Origin: the human T2T-CHM13v2.0 reference genome, Homo sapiens
Assembly (NCBI RefSeq): GCF_009914755.1
Contig: NC_060945.1
Direction: 5' to 3' (one strand)
DNA: 64,000 nucleotides
Shown here: in pieces, positions 31,305 to 46,224 of the stretch
How positions within the stretch are numbered: the first letter of the stretch is position 1
How the letters are laid out: each line of letters starts with the position of its first letter
Position numbers and translations under genes: made by a program
Notes under the pieces: model-generated
Database searches by the model: none
Seen by the model: the letters and a program-made list of their open reading frames with translations, nothing else
What the model was told of the DNA's origin: nothing

Positions 31305-31532
31305 TGGTTAAAAAAGAGTAGGATCTTAATCTGATGGGATCAATGGCCTTAAAAGAAAAGGAAAAGAGAGTTCTCTCTGAGTCTCTATCCCACAAGTGAT
31401 CACACAGTGAGAAGGAAGCTGTCTGCAAAGCCAGGAAAAGAGCCCTCACCAGAATCCAATCATGCTGGTACCTTGACCTCAAACTCTAAACCACCATAAC
31501 TGTTAAGAAATAAATTTCTTTTGTTTAAGCCA
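31305..31532 (+). mobile_element. MLT1A-type MaLR LTR fragment
   Basis: gtgagaaggaagctgtctgcaaagccaggaaaagagccctcaccagaatcc...agaaataaatttcttttgtttaagcca. Confidence 0.8.
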
Positions 31533-31869
31533 AAAAATGAAGATGTTTTACATATATAATTTTTCTGAAAGCTTTTCTAAAGATAAAAATGAAGCATATA
31601 ATTATACTAGTTTAATGCTAAAAAGGTCACAGGATGAAATACTTGTCATTTAAAAGCTAACTAGCCAAACCTGAATTATTAAAAAAAAACTTACTTTAGC
31701 CTCAAGAGAATAATCATTACTTAATAAGAGATAGTCTTCCACTTTAGATTACTGCTGAAAAGATGTGCTTACAGAATAGTTTAATGTTTAACATTAGATA
31801 ATTTTTAGTTGAAATATCATTTTTATAATACTAAATATCAATTTTATAATATTAAAATAATTATAAGCA

Positions 31870-32110
31870 GTACTTGCTAGATTTTTACTTTGTACTGGGC
31901 AATAAGTGCTGGAGGTTAAGTACATTACCACATTCACACAATCTTCTCAACAAACTTGTGACCTATTTTTGGTTGTTATTTTTATTATTACTGTCTCCAT
32001 TTTAATAAAGAGGCACTTCAGTCTGAGAGATACTAGATGGCTTACCCCAAAAGCTAATGATGGTAAGTGATGAAACCAGGCGTTTCTTACTCCTGATGCA
32101 GTGTTTTTAA
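31870..32110 (-). mobile_element. MIR SINE
   Basis: ttacttt gtactgggc...tctccattttaataaagaggcacttcagtctgagaga...ggtaagtgatgaaaccagg. Confidence 0.55.
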
Positions 32111-33594
32111 GAACAAAGCAAGAATCTTCATACTTAGGAAAGGTAAATGGGAATGTGTATAATAAATCAGATATATTGTCATTGATCTATAGGATTTATT
32201 GCCTAGAACTATCTGCATGTGAGAAGACCCTAAACGAAGTAGCAGAAGAGTGATCCATTCAAACCAATAGGATCATCATGTGAATGTATACACCAGGGCT
32301 AAACCACAATTGTATATTTTTTTCCAATTTTTTTTCCTGAGCTTTAGTTGTTGAGTAATGTGCAACATATCTAAAATGAATACATTTGAAATTGAAGAAA
32401 ATATTGTATTTTCATATAATCAAACATGTTTCATAGGTAAGTTGATTTCACTGTATTGTAATGATAGATTCAGAAGTGAGTCATTTATATTTGGAAATGG
32501 ATAATGGAAGAAAATATATACCATGATTTTTTTTAACTGCAAACAGAAATCCTAGCTTGCTTGATATATTATTTTTGTAGCATGAGGCAATAGTTCTTTT
32601 TTAATTCATGCATAGAGATATACCTTTGAAAAACTGATAACTAATCTTTGGAATCTCATTCTACACTTGTTTATTGAGATTTTGCAAACTAAAAAAAAAT
32701 ATTAAATCCCCATGGCTGAGAAAATACTATTCTTTCTCTAGTTATTCCTCAAGTGGTTTCATGTGCAAAGATAATAGTTCTGTCGAAACCAGAAAATTCC
32801 CGGATACTAGCTAAGCAATTTTACTAAACTATCACCATCTAAGTAGCATGTTAAAATTTGGTATAGGAAGGTATTGAAATTGACATTAATACATTATTTT
32901 TTTTCACTACCTTGTGTTTATCACTAGTTTTTCTTCATGAAAAACAAAATAATTTCAATAAAAATTATACTTGCTTGGACATGAGCATTCTAAATTTGTT
33001 AATTCAGTGACTAAGTAATTCTCATTTGCCGTATCATGATGACATTGTAGAAGTATATTTGCAAGTGTGAACCACAAAGTTGCTGGGATGAAGTGCCAGG
33101 CAAAATCACAAATTGAATGATTTTTTTTTTCAAAACTGAGCTGTTTGCTTTTAGAATTATAAGAAATAAAAATAACTTAAACCTATTTTTTGAAAAAAAA
33201 AATAAAATAATGTAGACATGACACTCAGTCATCCTACAGAACTAGTATTCAGACAAGTCTGACATACTCAAAGTCGACCTGCTAGTGCTTGCTTTTGTAT
33301 GTTAGCAGTTGTTCTGATTCCTTTGGATCACTATTTCCTTTGGATCACTATTTCTTCAAGTCATTATTAAAATATTAAACCTAAGTTTAAAAATATCACA
33401 TAGGAAAACTTTTTATACATATATAAAACAAATACAGGTTTTATATACATATTTTTTCAGGAGTGGTTTTCTCACAGTTCAAATTTACATCTATACCCGT
33501 ATCTGTCACTTGTGTTTCACATCAGTTACATATTTGAACATGCAGTTATTATGCTGAGTAATAAATGCATTTTGTCATTAAAAAGACTAAACTG

Positions 33595-33892
<298 letters not shown>

Positions 33893-34884
33893 CTAAACTG
33901 TTATGCAAGCTAATTCTTAACATGTGTTAAGAATCATTTTGAATGCCTATCAAATTATATTTCTTCCTTATTCTTCTAGATAATACATTATCACCAGTTT
34001 ATTTCTTTTCATTGTTATTATTTTCTGATCCATATTGTTATAGCTGCGGAGTCTACCCTCAGATTCTACTACAAACACGTAACACGTGATTCATCTTCAT
34101 TACTACTTGCTCCACTTGCCATTTCAATTTTATCAATCAGAATACTTCATCTTCTTCCTATTCACCTCTTTCATGGTTACTTTCTTTATGTCTTTTGGGA
34201 TTTCCTGCAACCATATGCCAAAGAAAAGTGGCTTCCACCTTCTCCTACCTTCTCATGGTAGAAACTAACAAAAGGTCATAAATACCATAGCTATAAAATG
34301 TTGCCTTTAATCTATTTGTTAAAATATTAACTGGAGAAATACAGGTGATCCATTTCTTGCCAAATGATGATTCCTAAAATATTCATAAAAAGGTATATTT
34401 AAATACATTCTCTGTTAAAATAACGCGCTCAGAACCATCCATTTTCAAGTTTAAGTTTTAAAACTAACATAATCTCATATAGAAGATTTATTTAACACTT
34501 TTCACAGAAGTTTTGATTATAATTTTCTTTTAACATTATGATCTATTAATGGGTGTCATTTTCTGATAAAGTACATTTAGGGATATGATAATATTCATTA
34601 TCTTCCCCACAGGGATTCAAGAGGTATATTTAAAAGAAGAGGTACTTAGACACTTTTTCTTTGTTAATAAAAAAAAAAGAAGTTTGAAAAAGATAGTCAC
34701 ATAATTAACAAATCAATTGCTTAAAATATTGTTTGAAACCAGGGAATAGGCGTCAACAATCATGAAATTGAATTCTGCCGGTTACTATGACTTTATTCTG
34801 TCTCTTAAATTGAATTATTGGAAAAGATTTATTTTTAAAATAATCATCTAATATTTTCTAATTTAGAGGTTTAATACTTTTTTT

Positions 34885-34886
<2 letters not shown>

Positions 34887-34918
<32 letters not shown>
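34887..34918 (+). repeat. T32 mononucleotide tract forming the TM-exon polypyrimidine tract
   Basis: Uninterrupted T run ending 10 nt before the exon start. Confidence 0.95.
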
Positions 34919-34924
<6 letters not shown>

Positions 34925-34928
34925 TAAG

Positions 34929-35133
34929 ACACGCTGTTTAATGGTCTTGGGCTTGGAGCAGTAATTGGCCTGGGAGTTGCTGCACTGCTGCTAATTCTTG
35001 TGGTAACAGACGTCAGCTGCTTCTTTATTCGGCAATGTGGGTTGCTGATGTGCATCACTAGGAGAATGTGTGGAAAGAAAAGTGGCTCCAGTGGCAAAAG
35101 TAAAGAACTCGAAGAAGGAAAAGCTGCATACCT
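34929..35133 (+). CDS. NCAM2: NCAM2 transmembrane exon (probably exon 16): (D)[67 protein letters not shown](L)
   Basis: T-rich tract then aag|AC; donor CCT|gtgagt; 205 nt, phase 1 to 2; hydrophobic TM helix followed by the NCAM-type juxtamembrane four-Cys cluster. Confidence 0.97.
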
Positions 35134-37094
35134 GTGAGTATCAGGCATCTACATCATGTCATATTAAACAAGCGCCACAGTCAAGCTCGAGTGCTTTACC
35201 TGAGGGCGTTGTAGGGTAAAGGAGTAGGGTAAAGAGTTTGATTATGCAACATTGGACACTGCACTGCCTGCTCTCTGACCTTGAAACTATGTATCCTTAT
35301 ATATAACCTAGAACAAAGTGACTTTGACAACAGTTTATTCAAAATTAAACCTCACAATGGGATCTTCACTGAAAAGAATCACTACCATGATTTATAGATG
35401 ATAAACATATAGATGGATGGATAGTTGTGCAAATGTATTCCATTTTGATTTATTCCACCGGTTTTGTTTATATTAAATAAAAGAAAGGCTTCAACAATAA
35501 TCTGAGCTAAAAACTCAGTTGAACTGAGTTAAAAACAACAAAATTGTGGCAACTTCTACAAACGTAAGGCATGATTACAACAGGCTTCATGATTTTTTGT
35601 ATAGAAAATATGATATGTGCTATAAAATACAATATTACAGATTCTGAATATACTATTCTAAAATTTGATCAAAAGTTGATTACTTGTTAGAATTTGGAGC
35701 TCTCTGTGTAGTTCTATTTAGTTAAGCAGATATAATTTTCAAGAAAGTATGTAGATCGATTTTTTAGAAAATTATTTTGTCCTGTAAAAGGGAAATTACA
35801 ATGTTTTAATATTTCCATTTTGTTTTATTGTGTTTGTCTTTACATAGATATAGATCTAATTTCAAAAGTAGAATATGATCAATGCAAAAAATTCAGCAAG
35901 CACAGGAAATCATACACAAACATATGCACACACGTTTGTGTGTTATGTGTGGGTTTGTATACATATACATGTGTGCATTAAACACAGCAATCAAAAAATA
36001 AACAGTCTTAAGAGTTCAGGACATTCCCTTTATTATTTTTAACCTTAAGTCCTTTCTACTGCATACTTTTTCTGACACATACAAAAGTGTTGAAAGACTT
36101 TAAAGCAAACAACTAGTTGGGTTCCACAATTAACATTTTGTGCTATTTTGTCATATGTTTATTCATACGTTAATCCCTTATATTTTCTTGAATTTCAAAA
36201 AATCATCACACAACCCCTACATAATTCAACTTGCATATCATTACATACAGTCTAAAAGGTGTTTACATTTATGTAAGTAAAGCCACAGAATAAAATGCAC
36301 CAAATGTTTCAGTTGAAGAGTTTTGACAAATGTTTTTATATGTGTAACACAAAGCCATATCACAATTCAGAACCTTACCACCACATTCTGGAAGTTCTCT
36401 CATTTCCTTATCCAGTCCACCCACATTAACCTCCCTCACCCAGGCCATTGCTATTCCTGATTTTTCACCACAGATAGTTTTTGCTTATTTTGGAACTTCA
36501 CATAAATGGATTCCTGCAGTGTCTACCCTTCTGTATCTGACATCTTCAAAAATGTTGTATTAGGACCATTCATGTTTTGTATTTCAAGGACTGATGCTTT
36601 TTTATTGTTGAATCATTTATATTCTTTTTCTATGCATCTGTTGAAGCGTGGAAGGTCTCATACTGTTTTATAGACACATTTGTCTTGGCTTTATCATATA
36701 ATTTTGTTCCATTGTATCATTTACACCTTAAATTTTAAGGATAATTCTTTTATTTGAAAAGTTTTTACTTTAAAGTTTTGGCTTTTAAAATATATGCCAA
36801 AATATATATCATTTTTTACATATTTCTGCATTTTTGCTAATTGTTTTAACATTTTTACTCTCATGGAAGTATAATATTCTAAAAGGCTTAGCTATTATCA
36901 GTGTACAGTTTAATAAATATTCACAAGCTGAGCATGCCCATTTTTAACGCTCAAATCAAGAAAAAGAACTTTATTATCTACGTCTCCTTTCCTGTCCCTA
37001 TTCAATCTCGTGCTAAGCAATATCCTGACTTCATAGCACCATAGATTACTTTTTCCTGTTTTGTACTTTACATAAATGAGTTTATACTTGTTGC

Positions 37095-40045
37095 ATATGG
37101 GGTATTTTGATACAGGCATACAATATGTAATAATCAAATCAGAATAATTGTGGTATCTGTCACTTCAAACCTTTATCAATTCTTTGTGCTAGGAACACAT
37201 TCCAATTCTCCTCCTTTAGTTATTTGTAAATATCTGATACATTATTTTTGGCTGTTGTCAATCTATTGTGACACCAAATACTGAATCCTATTCATTCTGT
37301 CTAACTGTATTTTCATACCCATTAACTGTTCCTACTTAATCCCCCATTCCCCCTTCCTTGTTACCTTTGCTAGCCTCTGCTAACAATTATTCTTTTCTCT
37401 TTCTCCATGAGTTTAAGTTGTTGTTGTTGCAGCTCCCACATATGAATGAAAACACACAATATTTTTCTTTCTGCACTGACTTATTTCACTTAACATAATT
37501 TTCTCCAGTTCCACCAATATTTCCACAAATGATTTTCCATTGTGTATTTAGCAAATTTTCATCCATTCATCCATGGATGGACACTTAGGTCAATTCCAGA
37601 TCTTAGCTATTCTGAATATTGCTGCAATAAACATGGGAGTACAAATATCTCTTGATTTTTTTAAAAATTTTTGATATATACCAAGCAGAGGAATCACTGG
37701 ATCACATGGTAGTTTCTATTTTTAGTTTTTTGAGGAAGCTTCATGCTGTCTTCCATAGTGACAGTATTAAGTTACATTCCCACTAATCCACAAGTGTATA
37801 ATGGTTTTCATTTCTTCACATCATCATCTGGATTCATCTTTGCCTGTCTTTTGGATACAAGCCATTTTAACTGGGATGAGATGATATCTTATTATGGTTT
37901 TGATTTGCATTTCTCTGATGATGATGCTGAGCATTTTTTGTATACTTGCTGTCTACTTGTATGTTGTCTTTTGAGAGAAATGTCTATTCAGATCACTTGC
38001 TCATTTTTAATTGGATTATTTGTTTTGTTTTTTTCCTGTTTTGTTTGAGATGCTCGTATATACTGGTTATTAACTCCTTGTCAGATGGGTACTTTATAAA
38101 CATGTCCTCCTATTCTGTGGGTTGTCACTTCACTTTGTTAATTGTTTCCTTTAGTGTTCAGAAGTTTTTCAGCTTGGTGTGATCCCATTTGTCCATGTTT
38201 GCTTTGTTTATGCTTGAGAGGTATTACTCAAAGAAATTTATGCCCAGATCAATGATCTGAGGTGTTTCCCCCATGTTTACTCTAGTACTTTCATAGATTT
38301 GGTCTTCGATTTAAGTCATTATTCTGTTTTGATTTGTTCTTTGTATATGGCAAGAGATAGGGGTCTACATTCATCATCTATATATGGATGTCCAGATTTC
38401 CCAGTACCATTTATTGATGAGACTTCCCTATCTCCAATGTCTTGGCAGCTATGTTAAAAATAACTCTACTGTAAATGCATGGGTTTATGTCTGGGTTCTC
38501 TACGCCATTTCACTTGGTCTGTGTGTCTGTTTTTATGCCAGTAGCATGCTTTTTTGTTTATTATACCTTTGTAGTATAATTTGAAGTTAGGTAATGTCAT
38601 TCCTTCACTTTTGTTCTTTTGAGTCAGGATGGTTTTGGCTCTTGTGGGTCTTTTGTGTTTCCATATACATTTTACGATCTTTTTTTCTATTTCTGTGAAG
38701 AATGTCATTGGCATTTTGATAAGAATTGCATTGAATCTGTAGATTTCTTTGAGTAGTATGGACATTTTGACAACATTTATTGTTTTAATCCACCAACATA
38801 AAATGCCTTTTAATTTTTGTGTCATCTTGAAGTTTTCATCAATGTTTTATCGTTTTCATTGTAGAGATGTTTTACTTATTCACTTAAGTTAATTCCTAGG
38901 TATTTCAATTTATTTGAGCTTTTATAAATGGGATTACTTTATTGGTTTCTTTTTCAAATTGTTTCCTGTTGACATGTGGAAATGTTACTGATTATTGTAC
39001 GTTGATTTTTTATCCTGAAACATTACTGAATATATTTGTTAGTTCTAATAGTTTTTTTGGTGGAGTTTTTAGCATTTTCTAAATATAAGATCTGTCATCA
39101 TAAGAAGGATTATTTGACTCCTTCCTTTCCACTTTGGATACATTTTATTTCTTTATCTTTCTTAATTGCCCTGGCTAGGACATCCAGTACTACGTTAATA
39201 CCAGTGGTGAAAGTAGACATCCTTGTCTTGTTCCAGATCTTAGAGGAAAGGCTGTCCATTTTTCCTGGTTCAGTATGATACTAGCTTTATTATTTATTTT
39301 CTTCTACTAATTTTGGGTTGGGTTAGCTTTGGCTCTTCCAGTTCTTTAAGATGCATTGTAAGGTTATTTAGTTAAAGTTTTTCTGCTATTTTGGTGTAGG
39401 TGTTTATTGCTGTAATATGCCACTCAGTACTACTTTTGCAGTATCCAATAGGTTTTGGTATGTTGTGTTTCCATTATCATTTGTTTCAATAAATTTTTAA
39501 TTTTCCTTTTTAATTTCATTGACTTAATGGTCATTCAGGAGCATATTTTTTTTAATTTCCATGTGTTTCTATTGTTTCCAAAGTTCCTCTTTTTATTGAC
39601 TTTTAGTTTATTGTTTTCCGTTGTCAGAAAATATGCTTGATATGATTTCAATTTTTTGGAATTTTTCAAGAATTGTTTTGTGGCCTAACATACGATCTAT
39701 TCTTCAGAATGTTTCATGTGCTGAGGAGAAGAAAGTGTATTCTTAAAAACGTGGATGAAATGTTCTTTAAATGTTTATTAGGTCCATTTGGTCTATAGCA
39801 TATTTTAGGACTTATGTTTCTCTGTTGATTTTCTGCCTGGATGTCTTGTCCAATGCTGAAAGATGGGTTTTGAGGTTCACAGCTACGATTTTATTAGGAT
39901 CTTTCTCTCTAGGTCAAATACTATTTGCATTATATATCAAGGTTTTCCAATGTTGGGTGCATACATATTTATAATTGTTATATTCCCTTGATTAACCAAC
40001 CCCTTTATCATTTTATAATGACCTTATTCATCTATTTTTACAGTC
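37095..40045 (-). mobile_element. L1MA element, 5'-truncated, with an apparent internal deletion near 39285
   Basis: L1MA 3' end (ggggtattttgatacaggcatacaat); ORF2 remnant ORF 38466-38825 ([21 protein letters not shown]). Confidence 0.85.
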
Positions 40046-40309
40046 CTTATTCAAGCATTTTAGTCATTTTCTATTAGGTTGCCTTTCTTTTCCTTACTGT
40101 TATGCAGGTGTGTTCTTTTATACAACATGCTCTACATATATAACCTGGGCTATACATATAAATTATGTATATACAATTTATTATAAGTATACATAAACCT
40201 ATATATGGTATAATTAAATTTATATTTATAATAAAATATTTACATATGAAATATAATTTTACATATAACCTCTTTTCTTATTTTTTTAACTGGCAAAATG
40301 TTGTCTCTG

Positions 40310-40572
40310 GGGAGGCTGAGGCGGGTGGATCACCTGAGGTCAGGAGTTCGAAACCAGCCTGGACAACATGGCGAAACCCCATCTTTACTAAAAATACAAA
40401 CATTAGCTAGGCATGGTGGTGGGTGCCTGTAATCCCAGCTACTCGGGAGGCTGAGGCAGGAGAATCACTTGAACCTCGGAAGTGGAAGTTGCAGTGAGCC
40501 ATTGTACTCCTGGCTGGGCAACAAGAGCAAAACTTTGTCTCAAAAAACAAAAAAAAAAAAAAAAAAAAAAAA
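40310..40572 (+). mobile_element. 5'-truncated AluS (Sq/Sx-like)
   Basis: Starts at gggaggctgaggcggg; poly(A); TSD aaaatgttgtctctgg / aaaatgttttctctgg. Confidence 0.9.
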
Positions 40573-43500
40573 TGTTTTCTCTGGTGAACAGAAGTGCCTG
40601 ATCTTCATGTAGTTTAATATTTTAATTTGTCTCTTGTCTTATTTTTTAAATATTTGCCTATCCTGAGGTCAGTAAGGCCCTCTATATTTTCCACTAAATC
40701 TTTATCATTTCGCATTTTACCTTTAGACATACAATATACCTGAGTTAGGACTCCACACACTTTTCAGTTAGTATTTTTTAAATTATGTTTAGAAAATAGC
40801 ACTAGTAATTTTAGTAATTGAAAATGTCATTCTTTTCTCATGAATAGCAGTGCCATGGTTGTGACATCTCAGATGACAGAATTCAAATAGGCCTGTTTCT
40901 GTTCTTCTTATTCTATTCCACTTTTCACTTTCTCTATCCTTTCACCAATGCCAGACTTTATTAACCACTAAATCTTTGCCATGGTTGTTTTCTAACTGAT
41001 AGAATAAGTTCTCTAAGTTTGTTGTTCTTCAAGATCGTTTTGCTAGTCTTGACTCACATATCCATTTAAAAAATTTAAATTATTTATCCATAAAAAAATT
41101 TGCAATTACAAATTTTAAAAATGTTACAATTTGTATTGGGAGTGCATTAATTTTGCAGATTCATTGAAAGACAATCAATATCTTTGCAAGATAAACTATT
41201 TTAAGCAACAAGCCAATAATAACTTGTGTGAGCTTTGTAAATAATCTAGATTTACTTATGAAGTGAAATTTTTAAAGTACCTTATTCTTTCACATGCAGT
41301 CCTTTTGGGTTGCTGAATATGTTTAAGCAGATGGTGTTCTGCACGAGTCCAAAGAGGGCTATTCATGAGGGTCATGACACCACTTGACTTGTGAGAAAAT
41401 GAGTGCAGTAACCTTAGGACCAATTCCCTTACTTCAGTAAAGAGTTATTCATTAGAATGCATTATAACTAAACAATAAATTTTTTAAAAAATGTTTCTAC
41501 CTATAACCACTTGTCTTAAAATACATGTACTCATGAAACATAGTGAAATCATCAAGATAGTCTCTAAATTTTAAACATAATTATTTTTATTTTTTGTTAG
41601 AACCAAAGCAAATTGCTTTCCTAACAAGATATTATCTCTAATGTACTTTTTAAGTTTGAAAAAATGCTGACTTTTCCCAATTCTCATTTCATTGAATAAA
41701 GTAATTTCGATAGAATTAATTCAGTGGAAAATTTAATTTACTACCTGTAATACCATAATTAAAATCCAATATATTATGGACATTCACCCTGGGTATGACC
41801 ATGAACTAATACTGATAAGACACTATAAACAATGACAGCTTAAACCCGTGTAAAGTACTGTATAATGACCACACTTAGCTAGAATTAACTGTTGGGTTTA
41901 GGTGTTTGAAATCTTCTTATTAAATTTTATCATTTATAACTGAAGAAGACGGCAATTTTAGAGTTTTTGTATTCCTTGCCTATAAAAATAGACCATGGGC
42001 CATGTAATTTTAAACTTTCTTTACAAATCTAAAATTATGTCACTCCAATTATGAATTGTTCAGTAAATAACTCTACAGTTGTTAAGATCTCAGGATTTTG
42101 AGGGAGCCACACAGAAGCATACCGTATGTCCATGTATCGAATGGAAGTAGAAATGACAAAAACACAAGTTTTAGAAAACAAAAGGAACAAAAGGCATCCT
42201 ACCCTTGCAATTACTCCCCAAAGAACCACATCTACAGTTTGTACTCTTTCGTGTCTGGCTTCTTACAGAAAAGCTTGTATTACTCACAAAAGGAGAGTAA
42301 GGTCTACAGTCTCTGAGAAATAAGAATAAAAATCCTTGCACAGGCATTTCATAACATCAGTGCTAACAAATGGAGAGACCATTGAGATAAAAATTAGTTT
42401 GGCAAATAATTATTAGTTTGGGAAGTAATATATTTTAATAATCTAATTATAAAAGTTTTTTTTTCAATTCTAAGGCAGAAGTAATCATTACTTTTCTTAA
42501 AATGAAACGCCATATGCCAACTGAGATTTATTTTTCAAAATTGAAAAACAAAGGCTTTTAATCCACTTTTTAAATATTGAAATTCTTCTGAATTTCTATG
42601 TGCCTAAAATTCAAGAAACTTAACTGTTAAATGTTCCTGTAATATCACATTTTATTTTGTATACCAGTGTTTTTTTCTCTTCTCTTTTTTCGAATCTGGC
42701 TCTTTCTATTGAGAAAATCTAGAAGTCAACCATCTGTATTTTTTTTCCACTTTCAACTTCCTCCCTCACTGCTTAATCTCTTCTATTTTTGGCTTATGCT
42801 TCACTAAAGCTGCTCTTTTCAGTCGAGAGATTTTATGTTGATCAAATCTCATGTCTTACTTTGGTTTTCAAATTCTCAAACCATCTTGGAGAATGTGATA
42901 TTGTTTACATGTTCCCTCACCGACATTCTACCATCCCCTTCCAAGACTCTGTATCATCTTTTTTCTCTGTGTTTCCTCCTCAGTTCTCTTTCTTTATGTA
43001 TAATTTATCCCATAACTCCAAATATCACCTCTACATGTGTGAATACCAAATAAATGTCTGCGTCTGGTCCTTATCATTCTCTTGGGCATCAGGATGCCTG
43101 TGTGTGTCTATTTCTAAACAAAATGGCAGTAATTGAGAATGTCTGAAATCTAACTTAGAGTGATTACTCCCAAATTATTTTCTGTTTCTGTGGTCCTCAT
43201 CTCTGTCAATGGAATAAGTATATTTCCAGTTCCACTTCAATTCCACTTCAAATGCTTCTAGCTCAATAAAGATTTTCTATTTCATCAACTTGGCTAAAAT
43301 CCTGTTTTATCTGTGTACTCCTGTTTCATTCCATTTGTCATATTCTTATATCCTTTATTACATATTTTTATATTCATTTCTTAGCATTGTTTTAAATAAG
43401 CCATTCTGAATAAATTACAAGCTCATTGATTATTGGCATTGGCTCATATTAACATTAACATTCTACCAAATGGTCTTTTTCTGTCACATATAAGAAGACA

Positions 43501-43650
43501 CTAGTTTCTTCCTTCTATTCTGTAGATAGTATGCAAGGAACTAGAGGGATAGAAAGCTATGTGTTCTTCTTGTGATATATTGTTTTCAAAACCTAACTCA
43601 AAAGTCTCATCAGTTTTCCCTCAGTAAGTACTGACTTAAAACTTTAACAC

Positions 43651-43940
43651 AGCCAGGGGCGGTGGCTCACCCCCGTAATCCCAGCACTTTGGGAGGCCGA
43701 GGTGAGTGGATCACCTGAGGTCAAGAGTTCAAGACCAGCCTGGCCAACATAGCTAAACCCTGTCTTTACTAAAAATACAAAAATTAGCTTGGCGTGGTGG
43801 TGCATGCCTGTAATCCCAGCTACTCGGGAGGCTGAGACAGGAGAATCGCTTGAACCTGGGGAACGAAGATGGCACCAATAGACTCCAGCCTGGGCTACAG
43901 AGCAAGGCTCCATCTCAAGAAAAATAAAAATAAAGTAAAA
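43651..43940 (+). mobile_element. AluS with right-arm deletion
   Basis: Alu body; TSD taaaactttaacac / taaaactttatcac. Confidence 0.9.
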
Positions 43941-44029
43941 TAAAACTTTATCACCTTGTAAGAGAGTACCATTTTCAGCCTATTTTTAAGTAGCTGTGAA
44001 AAGATTCCAAGAACCAGTGGAAAAATAAA

Positions 44030-44210
44030 TGAGCTTGAATCCCAGTACACTTGGAGAAGTCATTCTGACTTCTGTGAACATTTGTTTCTTTCTTCATAAA
44101 ATGAGAATTTACAGTTCTGCTCCACATGTTGTGTGACATAAGTAAAGAAATGCATGCAATATATGTAAAATTACCCTTATAATGCCTGGCATTTAATAAT
44201 AATTTATGCA
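44030..44210 (+). mobile_element. MIR SINE
   Basis: ttgaatcccagt...cttcataaaatgagaat...taatgcctggcattta. Confidence 0.6.
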
Positions 44211-44789
44211 TCAGGGTTAGAAATACAGGAGAATCGATTCTTCCTAGCTACATTTTTTTTACATCACCAAGCCTTTTTCAACTTTACTAGATTGTTTGTC
44301 TATGACCATTTGTTATGTATGTTCTGTAAGGGATATTTTTACTTCATGAGATGATAATTAGATAACATATTTCAGTTCAAAAATTAGATTCAACTGTTCT
44401 CAAACAAAATGCAAACTGCATATTTATTGGACATGGAATAAACTAAAGAACAAACATAAATTAGCCTCTACTGCACACTAAATGAGATACAAATAAGAGA
44501 CATGGTAAATACAGTGGAATCAATTCATTTCCAATATTTTTTGCTTTCTTCGTCATTGCCTTTTATGCCTCCTAATAATTTTCTGTACTTTTACATTGTC
44601 TTCCTAACTAAACAAACAGATCACAAAGCTTAGTTTTAGTTGTTTTATTTAAATAGAGGCACAAGATAAAAACACATAGAATAAATATTATATATAATAA
44701 CATCATTACATATACTATATATTATGCTATTATATATAAAGGTATAGATAGAGATATATATTAAATTTTATAAGTCTTCTCTTTTGCCC

Positions 44790-45610
44790 ATCCACTGAGC
44801 AAATATTTATGGAATAAATGCCAGGTTATAAGCACTTTTATAGAACTTAGGAACAAATTAGTAAGCAAAGCAAACAATAATTTTGTTCACATGGAGTTCA
44901 AGTTATTGTGGAAGATGGCAGTTAATAAACGTTAACTAAAAATGAAATGTCCAGTAGTGATAAGCACTAAATGAATGAAAGGCAGGATGTTAAGTTGTTA
45001 TTTGATACTGTGTCATAAATACCTCTCAGGGAGGTGACATTAAGCTTAAGGGTGGGTAATAAGGAGCTGGTAATACAACAATCAAGGGACAGAACATTCT
45101 AGGCAGGTGTAAATTAATGTAAAGATTCTAACATGGGGATGAGCTTGCTATGTTCAAAGGCAAATGACGCTTATTGGTGAGAGTCAGAGAAAGAGAAACT
45201 GGTATAAATATCAGATTGGGAAATTATCTAGGGGCCAAAGTATTATTCCATCTTCTTGGGTCAATGAAAAGGGTCTGAATTTTGTTTGAAATAGAAGACT
45301 ACTAGAAGAGTTTTAAGAAGATGACTTTTGCTATTGTGTGAAGAATGGGTTATTGGACATAATAGGTTTAGGGGAATGATTTAAAATCAGGGAGCCCAGT
45401 TAAGAGGAGCTTGAAGTAATCCAGATGAAAAAAGTTGGGGTTTTTTGGCCCAAGGCAGTGGTATTACACTTATATAAGAGTGAGTATATTTCAGATATAG
45501 TTGGGGTAGTGTCAATCACCTGATTGATTTTATATTTGGATTAGGGAAAGAGAGAAATCAAAATGTACCTTCATGATGTTGTTTGGTTGTGCAGACAACC
45601 AGGTGTATGC
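44790..45610 (-). mobile_element. L2 LINE remnant
   Basis: catccactgagcaaatatttatggaataaatgccagg...ggaggtgacatt...aacattctaggcag. Confidence 0.65.
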
Positions 45611-46224
45611 AGTTGTGCTGTTTATTTTTATATAACCCTGTTATTTGTTAATTTGTCCACCAACACCTCTGTTTTTAAAACCTGCTGAGTTTAATTAACC
45701 TTAAGGAATTGGGAAAATGAAAATATGTGGTTAATTCCATGCTTATTATTGATCACACAATTTTTATATAAATTTCTTCTGCTTTGGAAAAACAGATTTC
45801 AGCTCTTTTCAAAAATGTAGTGTTCAAGTTTGAAAAAGATATAAAATCTTAATGAGGAATAGGGTTAACTGATTTGACTGTTCGGATTTATACTATCTTT
45901 TACACATGATCCCAAGCATTCTGAGACTAGCTCTTTCATGTTTTCAAAACTTATGACTATGATGATTTATTAAAACTGCATTAATTACACCTAAAGCATT
46001 TTTGTTTTAAGAGCATCTCAAGGCAGAGAAAAAAAAATTAAGATCAGTGTCATAGAGGATAGTATTAGTGTAAAGTTCTATTTTAATTTGGTTCTTATCA
46101 ATTTAAATTACTATATATCTTACATTCTCAAGGGTTTTTCTTATCAAAATGACTAATAATACTTTTTAATCAAATTATCTTTTTACTGTTATTTACTCAA
46201 GCATAATTTACTAAGCATTAATAT

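Larger units (their letters stand above)
36050..41200 (-). mobile_element. Old L1M(D/E)-like fragments flanking the L1MA (approx. 36050-37095 and 40050-41200)
   Basis: Degenerate minus-strand L1ME-like text (ttttggaacttcacataaatgga; ggtgaacagaagt...). Confidence 0.55.

Noticed and set aside
34924-35148. Antisense ORF over the TM exon (also 3386-3595 over the FnIII exon)
   Set aside because: Shadow ORFs of real coding exons; no promoter or splice evidence
38466-38825. 119-aa minus-strand ORF (and 51758-51964 on plus)
   Set aside because: Decayed L1 ORF2 fragments surrounded by stops and frameshifts; not functional genes
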